Below are positions 9,042 through 30,288 of a stretch of DNA of 64,000 nt, piece after piece (position 1 is the first letter of the stretch; every line of letters begins with the position of its first letter). This DNA is from a virus. Below the pieces are notes generated by a model, which ran no database searches, had not been told where the DNA came from, and was given only the letters and a program-made list of their open reading frames with translations. The translations under genes and the position numbers were made by a program. Where the stretch lies: IMG/VR virus record IMGVR_UViG_3300029258_003681; one strand, 5' to 3'.

Positions 9042-10661
9042 ATGCCGAATTTGCTGATTGAATCAAGTCCCGTCCATCTTACGCTGACAGAAGGCGCGGG
9101 TGGAAAAACGATAGCTCGTGGCGAGTTCGGGCGTGTTGGCGTGCCGACTCAGAATGGGCGTATTTATCCCGAAGAGTTGATGATGCGCGAGATCAAGAGG
9201 CTCTCGGAAGATATTAGCAAGCGCAGAATCCTGGGGGAGCTGGACCATCCGACCGATGGTAAGACTTCTCTGAAGCGCGTCTCCCATGTGATCACTGGGC
9301 TCAAAATCAAGGACGGTATTGTCGTTGGGGAGGCTGAGATTCTCAACACGCCCGAGGGTAAAACCTTGAAGGCGCTGATCGAGGCGAACGTACAGATCGG
9401 AATCTCCTCACGGGGATTTGGGTCTACGCGGCCATCGGAGGATCCGAAGATTGAGGGCGAAGTCGTACAGGGTGATTTCGTCTTGAAGACCTGGGACTTT
9501 GTTGCGGACCCCGCGATGAAGACTGCGGTGCCTGGCATTTTCACTGAGGATGTCGATGAGAATCAGCCCGACGTGGCCCAGCTGTTCCTGGACGAGTTTC
9601 CTGAGATTGCTGCTTCCTTGCAGGAAGATGCGGTTACCAAGGCGAAGCTCAAGGTCAACAAGGGTGTCGATGAGGCGGTTGCCGAGGCCGAGTCCCGCGT
9701 GCGCGAGGAGATGACTGAGGCGTTTGAGAAGAAGTTCGCTGGTGCTTTGCTAGAGACGAAGGAGACGATTGCCGAGGAGCTGCGCGAGGAGTTTGCGGCT
9801 GATCCTGACATTGGGGGTGCGAAGGCGGTGCTGGCTGCTGTGTGGGATATGGTTGCACCGTTTCAGGCGACGCCAGATGAGAAGGCAGCGTCTGACGCGG
9901 TCAAGGCCAGGGAGCTGGAGGTTTCCGAGGCCAAAGAGTCGGCCAGGGAGAGCGAGGAGCGTGCGGTCCGTGCTGAGTGTATGGAGTACATTGAGCGCGA
10001 GATCGGTGGTCATCCGATGGCTGAGTCGATTCGTAAATTGGTGTCAAAGCAGCAGTTTGCTGGCCTGGATGATGCCAAAGAGAAGCTCGCTGCGATTCTT
10101 GCGGATCTCCCCGAGCGGACGGACGAAGGAATGGTCTCCGAGGAGGAGGCCGAACTGAGAGAAGAAAACGCAGCAATGCGTGAAAAGGTGTCCCTCCTTA
10201 CGGAGAGGGTAGAAAAGCTGGATGCGAAACTGAAGAAAGCTGTAGAGGTAGGAATGGAGGCAGATTCTCAGCGACAGGATGCTGAGAGCCGCGTGGAAGA
10301 GGCCGAAAAAGAGAGAGACAACGCCCTGGAAGAAGCGACAAATGCAGAGGCGAAGCTCGAACTTGAGGTCTACAAACACGATAAGGTTGTGGGATTGTCA
10401 AATGGTAGAGAGTTGCTTGGTCTCATGGAGGATATAACTTCACGGGCCGCAGTTGACAGGTTGGTGACGAAGGATGGAGTCAAGGATGTCTCTGAGCGGC
10501 GACTCGCGGATGCGCGTAAGAGTTTACAGCGTGGCGTGGGCGAGCGGCAGGAGAAAGAACAGCTGAATGAGGGTGTCAGAGCTTCGAGGAGTCCCAAAAA
10601 GGATGATCTCGGGAATGACATGGGTCTCATGAAGCGATTGGCGGGTGTCTCATTAGAGTAG
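9042..10661 (+). CDS. gp21: Prohead protease (T4 gp21-like) fused to an acidic coiled-coil scaffold domain
   Basis: NGRIYP, GELDHP (His), GISSRGFGS (Ser), DFVADP; ATG 9042 with SD-like GAGAGGG preferred over 8892. Confidence 0.9.
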   Translation: MPNLLIESSPVHLTLTEGAGGKTIARGEFGRVGVPTQNGRIYPEELMMREIKRLSEDISKRRILGELDHPTDGKTSLKRVSHVITGLKIKDGIVVGEAEILNTPEGKTLKALIEANVQIGISSRGFGSTRPSEDPKIEGEVVQGDFVLKTWDFVADPAMKTAVPGIFTEDVDENQPDVAQLFLDEFPEIAASLQEDAVTKAKLKVNKGVDEAVAEAESRVREEMTEAFEKKFAGALLETKETIAEELREEFAADPDIGGAKAVLAAVWDMVAPFQATPDEKAASDAVKARELEVSEAKESARESEERAVRAECMEYIEREIGGHPMAESIRKLVSKQQFAGLDDAKEKLAAILADLPERTDEGMVSEEEAELREENAAMREKVSLLTERVEKLDAKLKKAVEVGMEADSQRQDAESRVEEAEKERDNALEEATNAEAKLELEVYKHDKVVGLSNGRELLGLMEDITSRAAVDRLVTKDGVKDVSERRLADARKSLQRGVGERQEKEQLNEGVRASRSPKKDDLGNDMGLMKRLAGVSLE

Positions 10662-10690
10662 GCCGTCACAACCACGACTGAGGAGAAAAA

Positions 10691-12325
10691 ATGGGCAACG
10701 AAAGTACAGAAGCCAGGGCTCTCTTGGAGCAAGCTGGTCCGAAGACAATCCACGACAATAGCTATGCCAGCGCTTGTGTGAGCAAGTGGGGCGAGTTACT
10801 GGAAGGTATTCCTGTAGAGCATGATCGTGGCTACACCAAAAAAGCAACGGCGATTCTTCTGGAAAACGAGATGGAGCACATCAAGTCTTTCCATGAGGAT
10901 ACTCTGAGCACCAATGCGGGTTCGTTCACGAAGTACATCTTCCCGATCCTGCGGAGGGTGTTCCCGAACCTGATCGCCAACCAACTCGTCTCGGTTCAGC
11001 CGATGACGGCGCCGGTAGGAGGCATCTTCTACTACGAGAAAAAGTACGATGATCGCAAGGGTACGAAACTACCCCAGTCCGCGATCACCAACACCCCGAC
11101 AGACGCGAACTACGACGGTGAGCTGGACGCTGGTGACAACATCAACCAGAACTTCGCCAAGTACTACAGCTCGGAGTTCATCGACTACGACGCGATCTGC
11201 ACGGACACGGGTGTAGCGACTTCTGGTGCGATCACGAACGCGTCGGCCAATTCTCGCGTTCCCGAGTGGAGCCCAATTCGCGCGCCTGCGACTGCTGGTC
11301 AGCGCACTTTCTACGTGCGTGTGTACTACCGCATGTTGGACGCTGACGCTGCGAGCGCCCCGACCGAGGTCATGGCCGAGCTGGACCCGACTGGTGCCAC
11401 TACCAACCTGGTCGACAACACGGCGAACACCAACACCGTCGGGACCTTCAACGTGACCACAGGTGCATGGTCGGTTAATGCGGCTGGTTCCGCTGGTACC
11501 AACAGCCCCTTCGCCAACAACACAGTCATCTATGTCCAGTACTTCGTGAACTGGGAGCTGGTGGGTTACACCACGGGTGCCGAGATCCCGAGCATCAGCC
11601 TGGACATCGCCCTTCACACCGTGCAGGCCGAGAGCCGCAAGCTCAAGGCTCGCTGGACGGTAGAAGCGGTCGATGATCTCCGTGCGCTCCATGGCATGGA
11701 TGCCGAGGCCGAGCTGGTCAGCACCTTCTCGAACGAGGTGATGCTGGAAGTGGATCGTGAGATTATCGGTGATCTCATCAACGGTGCGGGGCATTCGATT
11801 CCTTACGCCTACGCCCCAGGCATCCCTGGTGAGCTGGAGAGCATCCGTCGGCTGATCACCCAGATCAGCGCGATGTCGGCTGAGATTCACAGGACTTCTG
11901 GCAGGGCTCCTGCCAACTTCCTGGTTGTGCCTCCAGGCATCGGTGGGCTCCTCGACCAGCTGTCGACTCACGGCGACTACGCCTCGATCGAGCAGAACGT
12001 CCAGGCGACGAGCTACGGCCCTGTGACTGCCAACTACGGCATCGCAAGGATCGGTACGCTGCTCCGCAAGTACGCGGTCTACCAAGATCCGTACATGCCC
12101 TCCACGCAGATTCTGGTGGGCCTCAAGGGGAACAGCTTCATCGATGCGGGCTATGTGTATGCGCCATATGTGCCGCTGCAAGTCACCCCGACTTTCCTCG
12201 ATCCCAACGACTTCACGTTCCGCAAGGGCGTGAGGACTCGGTACGCGACACGCATGCTGCGTCCCGAGTACTATGGCGTTATCAACGTCACTGGTCTGCC
12301 CGTAGTCACTACGTCCTTGCCATAG
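10691..12325 (+). CDS. gp23: Major capsid protein (T4 gp23-like)
   Basis: ILRRVFPNLIANQLVSVQPMTAPVGGIFY, SRKLKARWTVEAVDDL, EIDRE-like EVDREII, YAPYVPLQ, GVRTRYA; strong C-ending codon bias. Confidence 0.96.
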   Translation: MGNESTEARALLEQAGPKTIHDNSYASACVSKWGELLEGIPVEHDRGYTKKATAILLENEMEHIKSFHEDTLSTNAGSFTKYIFPILRRVFPNLIANQLVSVQPMTAPVGGIFYYEKKYDDRKGTKLPQSAITNTPTDANYDGELDAGDNINQNFAKYYSSEFIDYDAICTDTGVATSGAITNASANSRVPEWSPIRAPATAGQRTFYVRVYYRMLDADAASAPTEVMAELDPTGATTNLVDNTANTNTVGTFNVTTGAWSVNAAGSAGTNSPFANNTVIYVQYFVNWELVGYTTGAEIPSISLDIALHTVQAESRKLKARWTVEAVDDLRALHGMDAEAELVSTFSNEVMLEVDREIIGDLINGAGHSIPYAYAPGIPGELESIRRLITQISAMSAEIHRTSGRAPANFLVVPPGIGGLLDQLSTHGDYASIEQNVQATSYGPVTANYGIARIGTLLRKYAVYQDPYMPSTQILVGLKGNSFIDAGYVYAPYVPLQVTPTFLDPNDFTFRKGVRTRYATRMLRPEYYGVINVTGLPVVTTSLP

Positions 12326-12364
12326 GCAGGGTCTGAGCTACGGCGCAAATAGCGCGTGAACCCT

Positions 12365-12403
12365 GGGGCCGGGTCGGTATCCACCGGCTCGGCCCCTTTT
12401 TTT
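12365..12403 (+). terminator. Rho-independent terminator after the capsid gene
   Basis: 14-bp GC stem GGGGCCGGGTCGGT/ACCGGCTCGGCCCC followed by T7. Confidence 0.88.
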
Positions 12404-12418
12404 GAAGGAGAATTTTTC

Positions 12419-12913
12419 ATGCCGAAGAAGCGATATATGTTGACAGGGCACCATGCTAAGCCTTGTACGCACAGTGGTTTTCGTGTTCTTGAGCGCCCTG
12501 GCAATCAGCCGAATGGGATAGAGGCTGTGCAGGTTCCGTTTGTTCCTGGCAAGATTACCTCTGTTGAAACCGACATAGACATGACGGTGTCCGTCGAGGC
12601 TGGTTTCATAGTCGAGATCAGAGAGGTGGCGCCAGAGGCCCCTGATGCCCCTACAGGCCCCGAAGAGACAGAGGCGACCAAGGATGCCCCTGACCCTCCC
12701 AAGGAGGACGACGCGCCCCCTGCGGACGACCAGAACTCGGAACCAGAGGGTGACGACGAACCCGAGGAAGAGGAAGAGGAAGAGGAGGAAGAAGCCTCAT
12801 ACGAAGAGTTGCCTGACGGTCGTTTCCAATGCTTGATTTGCAAGCTGAATGTTGAGGAGAAGATCCTCAAGACAGAGAAGGGGATGATCGATCATATCCA
12901 GGACAAGCATTAA
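12419..12913 (+). CDS. Hypothetical acidic protein with C-terminal C2H2-like finger
   Basis: SD GAAGGAG before ATG 12419; poly-Glu run; CLIC...HIQDKH. Confidence 0.65.
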   Translation: MPKKRYMLTGHHAKPCTHSGFRVLERPGNQPNGIEAVQVPFVPGKITSVETDIDMTVSVEAGFIVEIREVAPEAPDAPTGPEETEATKDAPDPPKEDDAPPADDQNSEPEGDDEPEEEEEEEEEEASYEELPDGRFQCLICKLNVEEKILKTEKGMIDHIQDKH

Positions 12914-12934
12914 GTTGAAAATGTAGGAGGCATC

Positions 12935-13651
12935 ATGAGCCTGGAGTACGAGAAGAGATTGGACGATACGATCCCGCATGGGAAGTTTGGTGATGAGGAG
13001 GCTGTTGAGGTGCGTACCAAGATGGGCTCTGTTGTTACCACTGGGCGGGTGATGTCGGTCATGCCGTTCGGTCTGATCGTGCGCGACACGATTGGCGAGA
13101 CCAAGTTTTTCGCCGAGGGCTTGTATTTGTTTGCGTCCTTGGAGAGAGATCCCCCCACTGTTGTCAAGGATCAGCTGCATGACGTATCTTTGGATGCGAG
13201 AGTGCAGCGTAAGCTCTCTACGATGGGAGAGGCGGGGGATCCAACTCCATCTGAGACGGGTGCAAAGCCGATCGATCCGAAAGCTAAGGACGACGAGTAC
13301 AAGGACAAAGACGGCGAGAAGGACAAAAAAGGCGACGACTCTGACAAGAAAAAGAAGGACGAGAAGCCTGAGAAAAAGGATGACAAGAAGAAAAAGGATG
13401 CTGTTGCTGATCCTGAGTCGGCTATTGATACGGAGAAGCTGCCCGATGACATCAAGCAGGCGATCATTTCGACGAACGAGATGGACGAGGGGCAGCTGAA
13501 CGGGGTGTTGAGTGACATTTCTGATGCGGCTCTCAAGGCTTTGAAGCGGACTGGGATTGCTGAAGGTGAGATTTTTGGGCTGATACAGAAGATCAACGAT
13601 GCTTCTTTTGAGGTGCTCACGGGTAAGAAGCCCCAGAAGAAAGAGGGGTAG
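12935..13651 (+). CDS. Hypothetical protein with K/D-rich linker
   Basis: SD AGGAG; 238 aa. Confidence 0.7.
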   Translation: MSLEYEKRLDDTIPHGKFGDEEAVEVRTKMGSVVTTGRVMSVMPFGLIVRDTIGETKFFAEGLYLFASLERDPPTVVKDQLHDVSLDARVQRKLSTMGEAGDPTPSETGAKPIDPKAKDDEYKDKDGEKDKKGDDSDKKKKDEKPEKKDDKKKKDAVADPESAIDTEKLPDDIKQAIISTNEMDEGQLNGVLSDISDAALKALKRTGIAEGEIFGLIQKINDASFEVLTGKKPQKKEG

Positions 13652-13654
13652 CGT

Positions 13655-14371
13655 GTGAGATTTACTGAGGCTCAAGTCAAGGAGTGGGTTTGCAGGCGCC
13701 TTGGTAAGGGCGTCGTAAAGGTGGAGTTGACCGATGATCAGGTTGACGATGCGATCAATGATGCCAAGGAATGGTGGCAGATGTGGGTGGGACAATGCAA
13801 GTCGGTGTTGTTCACGCTCACGGGTGGAACAGAATATCCAGAGGCGTTGATTGCTTCTGATATTGATTCCATTGTGGATGTTGTTTTCGAGATAGAATCA
13901 GCGAGTTTTGCGAACTTATTTAGCTGGGCGGATGTGGAAGTAAACCCCTACACCTGGATCTATGGGGGTGAGGGTGATTACTCCACGTTGGTGCAGTATA
14001 TGCAGTATCGGGAGATGGCGAAGCAGATCACGTCTTCAGACAAGGACTGGGATTGGGATCGTGCGAAGCGGTCGTTGATCATTACGCCGACCCCTGACGC
14101 GGGCGCGCGTGTACTGGTCACTTACATTTCAACCACGATGGTGGTGGATTACATGACCAATTATGAGATGCGGATATTCCGCAATTATGCGCTGGCCCAA
14201 GCCATGCGAACGTTGGGTATGATTCGGATGAAGTACGCGGAGAAGCCTTCGGCGATGGGTGGTTTCTCGATGGATGGTGATGCGGTCTGGGCGAATGCCG
14301 AGGCTATGGAGGCTGACGCGGAAGAGAAGGCGCGCCAGTTGCAGGCTCCAACTGGATTCTTTGCAGAATAG
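13655..14371 (+). CDS. Neck/head-completion protein (T4 gp13-like)
   Basis: RRLGKGVVKVELTDDQVDDAINDA N-terminus and LGMIRMKY...GGFSMDG C-terminus, typical of gp13; position. Confidence 0.75.
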   Translation: MRFTEAQVKEWVCRRLGKGVVKVELTDDQVDDAINDAKEWWQMWVGQCKSVLFTLTGGTEYPEALIASDIDSIVDVVFEIESASFANLFSWADVEVNPYTWIYGGEGDYSTLVQYMQYREMAKQITSSDKDWDWDRAKRSLIITPTPDAGARVLVTYISTTMVVDYMTNYEMRIFRNYALAQAMRTLGMIRMKYAEKPSAMGGFSMDGDAVWANAEAMEADAEEKARQLQAPTGFFAE

Positions 14372-14386
14372 CGAACTGGAGTTCGC
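14371..14386. promoter_or_regulatory. 16-bp palindrome copy 1 (GCGAACTGGAGTTCGC)
   Basis: 7-bp inverted arms with 2-nt centre; abuts a stop codon. Confidence 0.7.
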
Positions 14387-14398
14387 GGGAGGATATTG

Positions 14399-15496
14399 AT
14401 GGATAACGAACTCAAAAGGCTGGCTGATATTGTCGATGGGATCATCTCTCCCGAAGAGCGTGTGGCCATGGGCATTGATCCCGAGGATGATAGCGACTTG
14501 CGTACGCGCGCGAAGCAGTTAGTGGAGGCTGACATTGCTCGGTCCATGACTTTGGAACCGCTGGTCAAGATGGTGAGCAAAAAGACGCTCTATCCTTGGC
14601 AGGGCAAGGAGGCGGACTCGGAGATCGCGTTCAATTTCGAGAGCGTAATGGATGCACAGCAGCTCTATGATTTCGTGGTCAACACGGGATTGCTGGAGCC
14701 TGGCGAGATCAAGCTGAACGTCACTGAGCATCAGACATCCGTCCATTTCATGTCGCATGTCATGGTGACGAAGCCCGAGGTTCTTCAGGCTGCCTTGCTT
14801 GCCTACTACGATTATGTAGAGGATGGGGAGCAAAACGACGAAACGTTCGAGTCGTTGGTACAGGATCTGGACGAGATCCTCACCGAGCGTGTCAAGGTCT
14901 CGGGGGCGCCGAAGGGTAAGAAGGGCAACCCGTTTCACAATAAGGAGACGGGAAAGTTTTCTGGTGGTGAGGCAATCGCATCGGATGACGGGGGCTCTTT
15001 TGCGGTCGGCAAGACGAAGCTCAAGTTTGCGAAATCCAAAAAGTCAAAGGGTGGCGACACGGTGGTCCACTTCGCGTCGACCAAGCACCCTTGTGGGCGT
15101 GCGGCGAGGAAGGAAGGCAAGGATATTCGTTGCTGGGACGGCAAGAAGGGGATGGGCATCCGTCTGGCAAAGGTGATGGGCAAACGGATCAAAGGTGAGG
15201 AGATCACTGACGATGATCTGAGAGGGATGCTGGCGGCCGTGGACTACATCAACGGGATGGCGGCGCTGGTCGAGGAGGAGTTGTTCGAGGCCAGGCTAGA
15301 TATTTCTCCATATGTGAATAATCACGGTGCGAAGCCTCGCGGCAAGGGATCGGCTCTCTGGATGTTCGGGTTTGATGACAAGACTCCGACGAATGATAAG
15401 GTTTTCCAGTTCAATGGCAAGCTGGCTGACGCTAAGAAGGCAGCGCTGAAGGCTGGCAAGTCGGCTGGTGCTCGTGTTGTCTACCTGCTTCCGTGA
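14399..15496 (+). CDS. Hypothetical protein of alternating acidic and basic modules (possible internal head protein)
   Basis: SD GGGAGG; basic modules follow ILTE and LFEA motifs. Confidence 0.65.
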   Translation: MDNELKRLADIVDGIISPEERVAMGIDPEDDSDLRTRAKQLVEADIARSMTLEPLVKMVSKKTLYPWQGKEADSEIAFNFESVMDAQQLYDFVVNTGLLEPGEIKLNVTEHQTSVHFMSHVMVTKPEVLQAALLAYYDYVEDGEQNDETFESLVQDLDEILTERVKVSGAPKGKKGNPFHNKETGKFSGGEAIASDDGGSFAVGKTKLKFAKSKKSKGGDTVVHFASTKHPCGRAARKEGKDIRCWDGKKGMGIRLAKVMGKRIKGEEITDDDLRGMLAAVDYINGMAALVEEELFEARLDISPYVNNHGAKPRGKGSALWMFGFDDKTPTNDKVFQFNGKLADAKKAALKAGKSAGARVVYLLP

Positions 15497-15514
15497 CGGG
15501 AGTGAAGGAGCAGG

Positions 15515-16063
15515 ATGCCACGGGTTTATTACGATGAGGACGCAACTTACCTGAGATCGCTCGCTGAGGAACGGATCGAGCTGGTCGGACCTCTCTGTGA
15601 ATATTATTCACTGAACCGAGGTGAAAACGTCGATGCTCTGTATGGAGAGCCGACGAATGATCCGCTGTACGGAGGATCCTCTCCTCGTGGGGCGCCATCT
15701 GAATCTGATAAAGCGTGGAACTTTTTCCCTGATATTGATGGCGGGGATGAGCCTGTCTCCTTTCCTTGTGCGATTGAATACCAAGAGTCTGACAATCGTA
15801 CTCCGATGGCGAGGACCGAGGGGTTCGTCTACGAGTATGATGCGATCGTGGAAATTTCTCGTAACCATTGGGAGTGTGCGTGGGAGGATACCGTGATCGA
15901 GGGGAGATTGCCGAAGGAGGGTGATGTGATGTACCTTTTCGGCGAATGGTGGGATGTTGTGAAAGCTGGGAGGGCTGGGTATGTGCTTGACTCTCCTGAG
16001 TATGTTTCATTCAAGCTGGAGCTGCGGAAACGTACGCAGTTCACGCCAGACAGGAAAATCTAA
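15515..16063 (+). CDS. Putative neck/head-closure protein (T4 gp14-like)
   Basis: EERIELVG..CEYY, PKEGDVMY, LELRK pattern; follows gp13-like gene. Confidence 0.55.
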   Translation: MPRVYYDEDATYLRSLAEERIELVGPLCEYYSLNRGENVDALYGEPTNDPLYGGSSPRGAPSESDKAWNFFPDIDGGDEPVSFPCAIEYQESDNRTPMARTEGFVYEYDAIVEISRNHWECAWEDTVIEGRLPKEGDVMYLFGEWWDVVKAGRAGYVLDSPEYVSFKLELRKRTQFTPDRKI

Positions 16064-16428
16064 TGTTGGATAAGATGAAAGTTGAGCCAGCGATTCGTAG
16101 CGGTCTTGCTGCGATTTGCGCGTGGTGTGAGCATTATTGGGTGGCGAGTGATCAGATGCCCGAGGATCATTCTGGGTGTGTCAAGCCTCAATGTGGTGGT
16201 CCAGCAAGTCACAGGGCATTTCCTTTGTACAAGGGGCCGTGGCGTCCAAAGGAAAAATTCTGTTTCTTGTGCGGGAAAGGCGCGGATGCGATGGTGGACA
16301 TACAAAATAGTGGGAGCATTGGAGTGTGCGAGGAGCATGTGTCGAAACTGAAGGAGCTTCTAACTGCGGGAAATGGGAAAGTGGTCGTCCGCGAGGAAGT
16401 TGTTCCTGTGTTGGATGGGCGGAATTAG
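16063..16428 (+). CDS. Small Cys-rich hypothetical protein
   Basis: CAWCEH, CVKPQC, CFLC, CEEH; translational coupling TAATG. Confidence 0.65.
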   Translation: MLDKMKVEPAIRSGLAAICAWCEHYWVASDQMPEDHSGCVKPQCGGPASHRAFPLYKGPWRPKEKFCFLCGKGADAMVDIQNSGSIGVCEEHVSKLKELLTAGNGKVVVREEVVPVLDGRN

Positions 16429-16429
16429 G

Positions 16430-26933
<10,504 letters not shown>

Positions 26934-26934
26934 T

Positions 26935-27417
26935 ATGGCGAAGTATAAAAAGGGTTGTATTTTTGGAGATTTTGACAGAATTCATGCTGGACACAAGGCA
27001 GCAATGACCACGTTATTAGATCAGTGCAAAACGGTGCTCATAGTACTGACTCGCTCTCCAGAAAAGAAGAGTCCTCCTGGTAAATCCTGGGGTATCAATG
27101 ATGAGTTGAAACGCAAAAATGAGCTGTTGGATTTTGTCGACTCGCTGGGTGCTACGGATAGAGTATCGTATGTAGCATATGAAAATCTTGAGGAGGCTGT
27201 GGCTGATGGGCACAATCTAGAAATTGATGCGATTATCAATCCAGTGAAGGATATTGGTCCATGCTTAGACACGAATTATGCAATAGTTGAGGCCAATTGT
27301 ATAAAGGCAGGTATAAAACCTCCTGCATTGGTCTGGGTGGATACTGTGATGGAACCTGGTGGAGTAAAAACGCTGTCATCATCGAGGCTTCGAAAACGAG
27401 CAAAAGATGAGGTCTAA
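26935..27417 (+). CDS. Cytidylyltransferase-like (HxGH) nucleotidyltransferase
   Basis: FGDFDRIHAGH and C-terminal LSSSRLRK motifs. Confidence 0.8.
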   Translation: MAKYKKGCIFGDFDRIHAGHKAAMTTLLDQCKTVLIVLTRSPEKKSPPGKSWGINDELKRKNELLDFVDSLGATDRVSYVAYENLEEAVADGHNLEIDAIINPVKDIGPCLDTNYAIVEANCIKAGIKPPALVWVDTVMEPGGVKTLSSSRLRKRAKDEV

Positions 27418-28818
<1,401 letters not shown>

Positions 28819-28829
28819 AGGAGAATAAA

Positions 28830-30272
28830 ATGGCGGCTACAAAGTACACGTATTCAATTAGTGGTGATTTTCCAAATGAGAAAGTGGATGATGACAAATT
28901 GCAAATCCAGATTGGAGACAGCGCAATTGCGACAGCGATAAGCTACATAATCACGCATGGCGATGACTGCGACATATGGTTTGCGGATGCGCTGTCTAGC
29001 GGCGATGAAACGATTCTTGACGGTCTTGTTGCAGCTCATGATGGTGAGCCAATACCGATGGAGTCAAACGATGTCAAGAATTTCCTTGATTCCAATGCGA
29101 AGGTAACAGATCCTGATACAGATCTTTTTGGTCCGTTCTTAGTCATGCAGGTTTTAACGAATAGAAGAGAGCTATTTAATGATGTAGAAAATCCGATTTA
29201 CGATTCTAGTATCACGCCATTACTAGGTTCTGGGGGTTCGGTAACGAATCTGAACAATATTCATGGAAAGCTTGGTTGGCATAACCAGGAAGTACAGCAA
29301 GCCATGTGGCAAAGGCCGACCGATCTGTTAATTTACTATGGCTATCCAAATAGTTTCAATTCCGCCGTCAATAGTTGGAATAATGAGAAAGTCGCACAGG
29401 ATATGGCCAAGTACGGCATCGTTGTACTTGGTAATGGAGTGGCGAATCCATCGCACCCAGATTACTCCAATACTGAGGTAATTGTCCCAAGGATCAAGGC
29501 ACTGAATCCAGGTTGTAAGATTTTCGGTTATGTGACCGTGAACCAGTCAACTGGTGACTTCGAGGATGAAGTTGATGAATGGGAGGTGCTTGAGGTTGAC
29601 GGCATCTTCATGGACGAGGCTGGGTACGACTATGGTAGTGTGGCTACGAACGGGCGTGTCGCTTTCAATACAAAAGTGGACTACGTTCACGATCAAACTT
29701 ATGCCAAGCTCTGTTTTGTGAATGCTTGGAATATGGATCATATCATCGGGACAGCGAATGATCCAAGTTACCCGAACAGCACGTGGAATTCTGGAGCAGT
29801 GGCGTCTGATTTGACTGCAAATGATTGGTATCTGCTGGAGTCGTATCCAATCAATACGACGGCATACACGGCCAGCACTCCTGATGGGTACGAGCCGAAG
29901 GCAGACTGGGCGTCCCGTGGAGTAAAAGCGCAGGGACATCGAGCGACCTACGGGATCAATCTTGCTGGGAGCGGAATTATAAATAATAGTAATGTTGACG
30001 GACAGGGGCTTTTCGATTTTCTATTTGTGTCTGCTATGATATTTTCGTTGGATGCTGTTGGGTCGAGTGATACTAGCTATGGTGCGTCGAGTGCTGCTGT
30101 AGATTGGTGGACTAGGCCAGACGTGAGCAAGATGGGGCCGTTGTACTCGTTGAATGCATCGGTTCAGGTTGATGTTGGTGATTCTGATGTATATGGGCGT
30201 TACGTGGACTTTGGGCGTTTTGCACTTGATTTTTCTGATAGTGCTCAAGCTGCCGCTGTAACAAAATGGTAG
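28830..30272 (+). CDS. Putative polysaccharide hydrolase-like TIM-barrel protein
   Basis: KIFGYV, VDGIFMDEAGYDYG, CFVNAW, DWYLLESY resemble GH114/GH135-type barrels. Confidence 0.5.
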   Translation: MAATKYTYSISGDFPNEKVDDDKLQIQIGDSAIATAISYIITHGDDCDIWFADALSSGDETILDGLVAAHDGEPIPMESNDVKNFLDSNAKVTDPDTDLFGPFLVMQVLTNRRELFNDVENPIYDSSITPLLGSGGSVTNLNNIHGKLGWHNQEVQQAMWQRPTDLLIYYGYPNSFNSAVNSWNNEKVAQDMAKYGIVVLGNGVANPSHPDYSNTEVIVPRIKALNPGCKIFGYVTVNQSTGDFEDEVDEWEVLEVDGIFMDEAGYDYGSVATNGRVAFNTKVDYVHDQTYAKLCFVNAWNMDHIIGTANDPSYPNSTWNSGAVASDLTANDWYLLESYPINTTAYTASTPDGYEPKADWASRGVKAQGHRATYGINLAGSGIINNSNVDGQGLFDFLFVSAMIFSLDAVGSSDTSYGASSAAVDWWTRPDVSKMGPLYSLNASVQVDVGDSDVYGRYVDFGRFALDFSDSAQAAAVTKW

Positions 30273-30288
30273 AGGAAAGGATGTTGAA

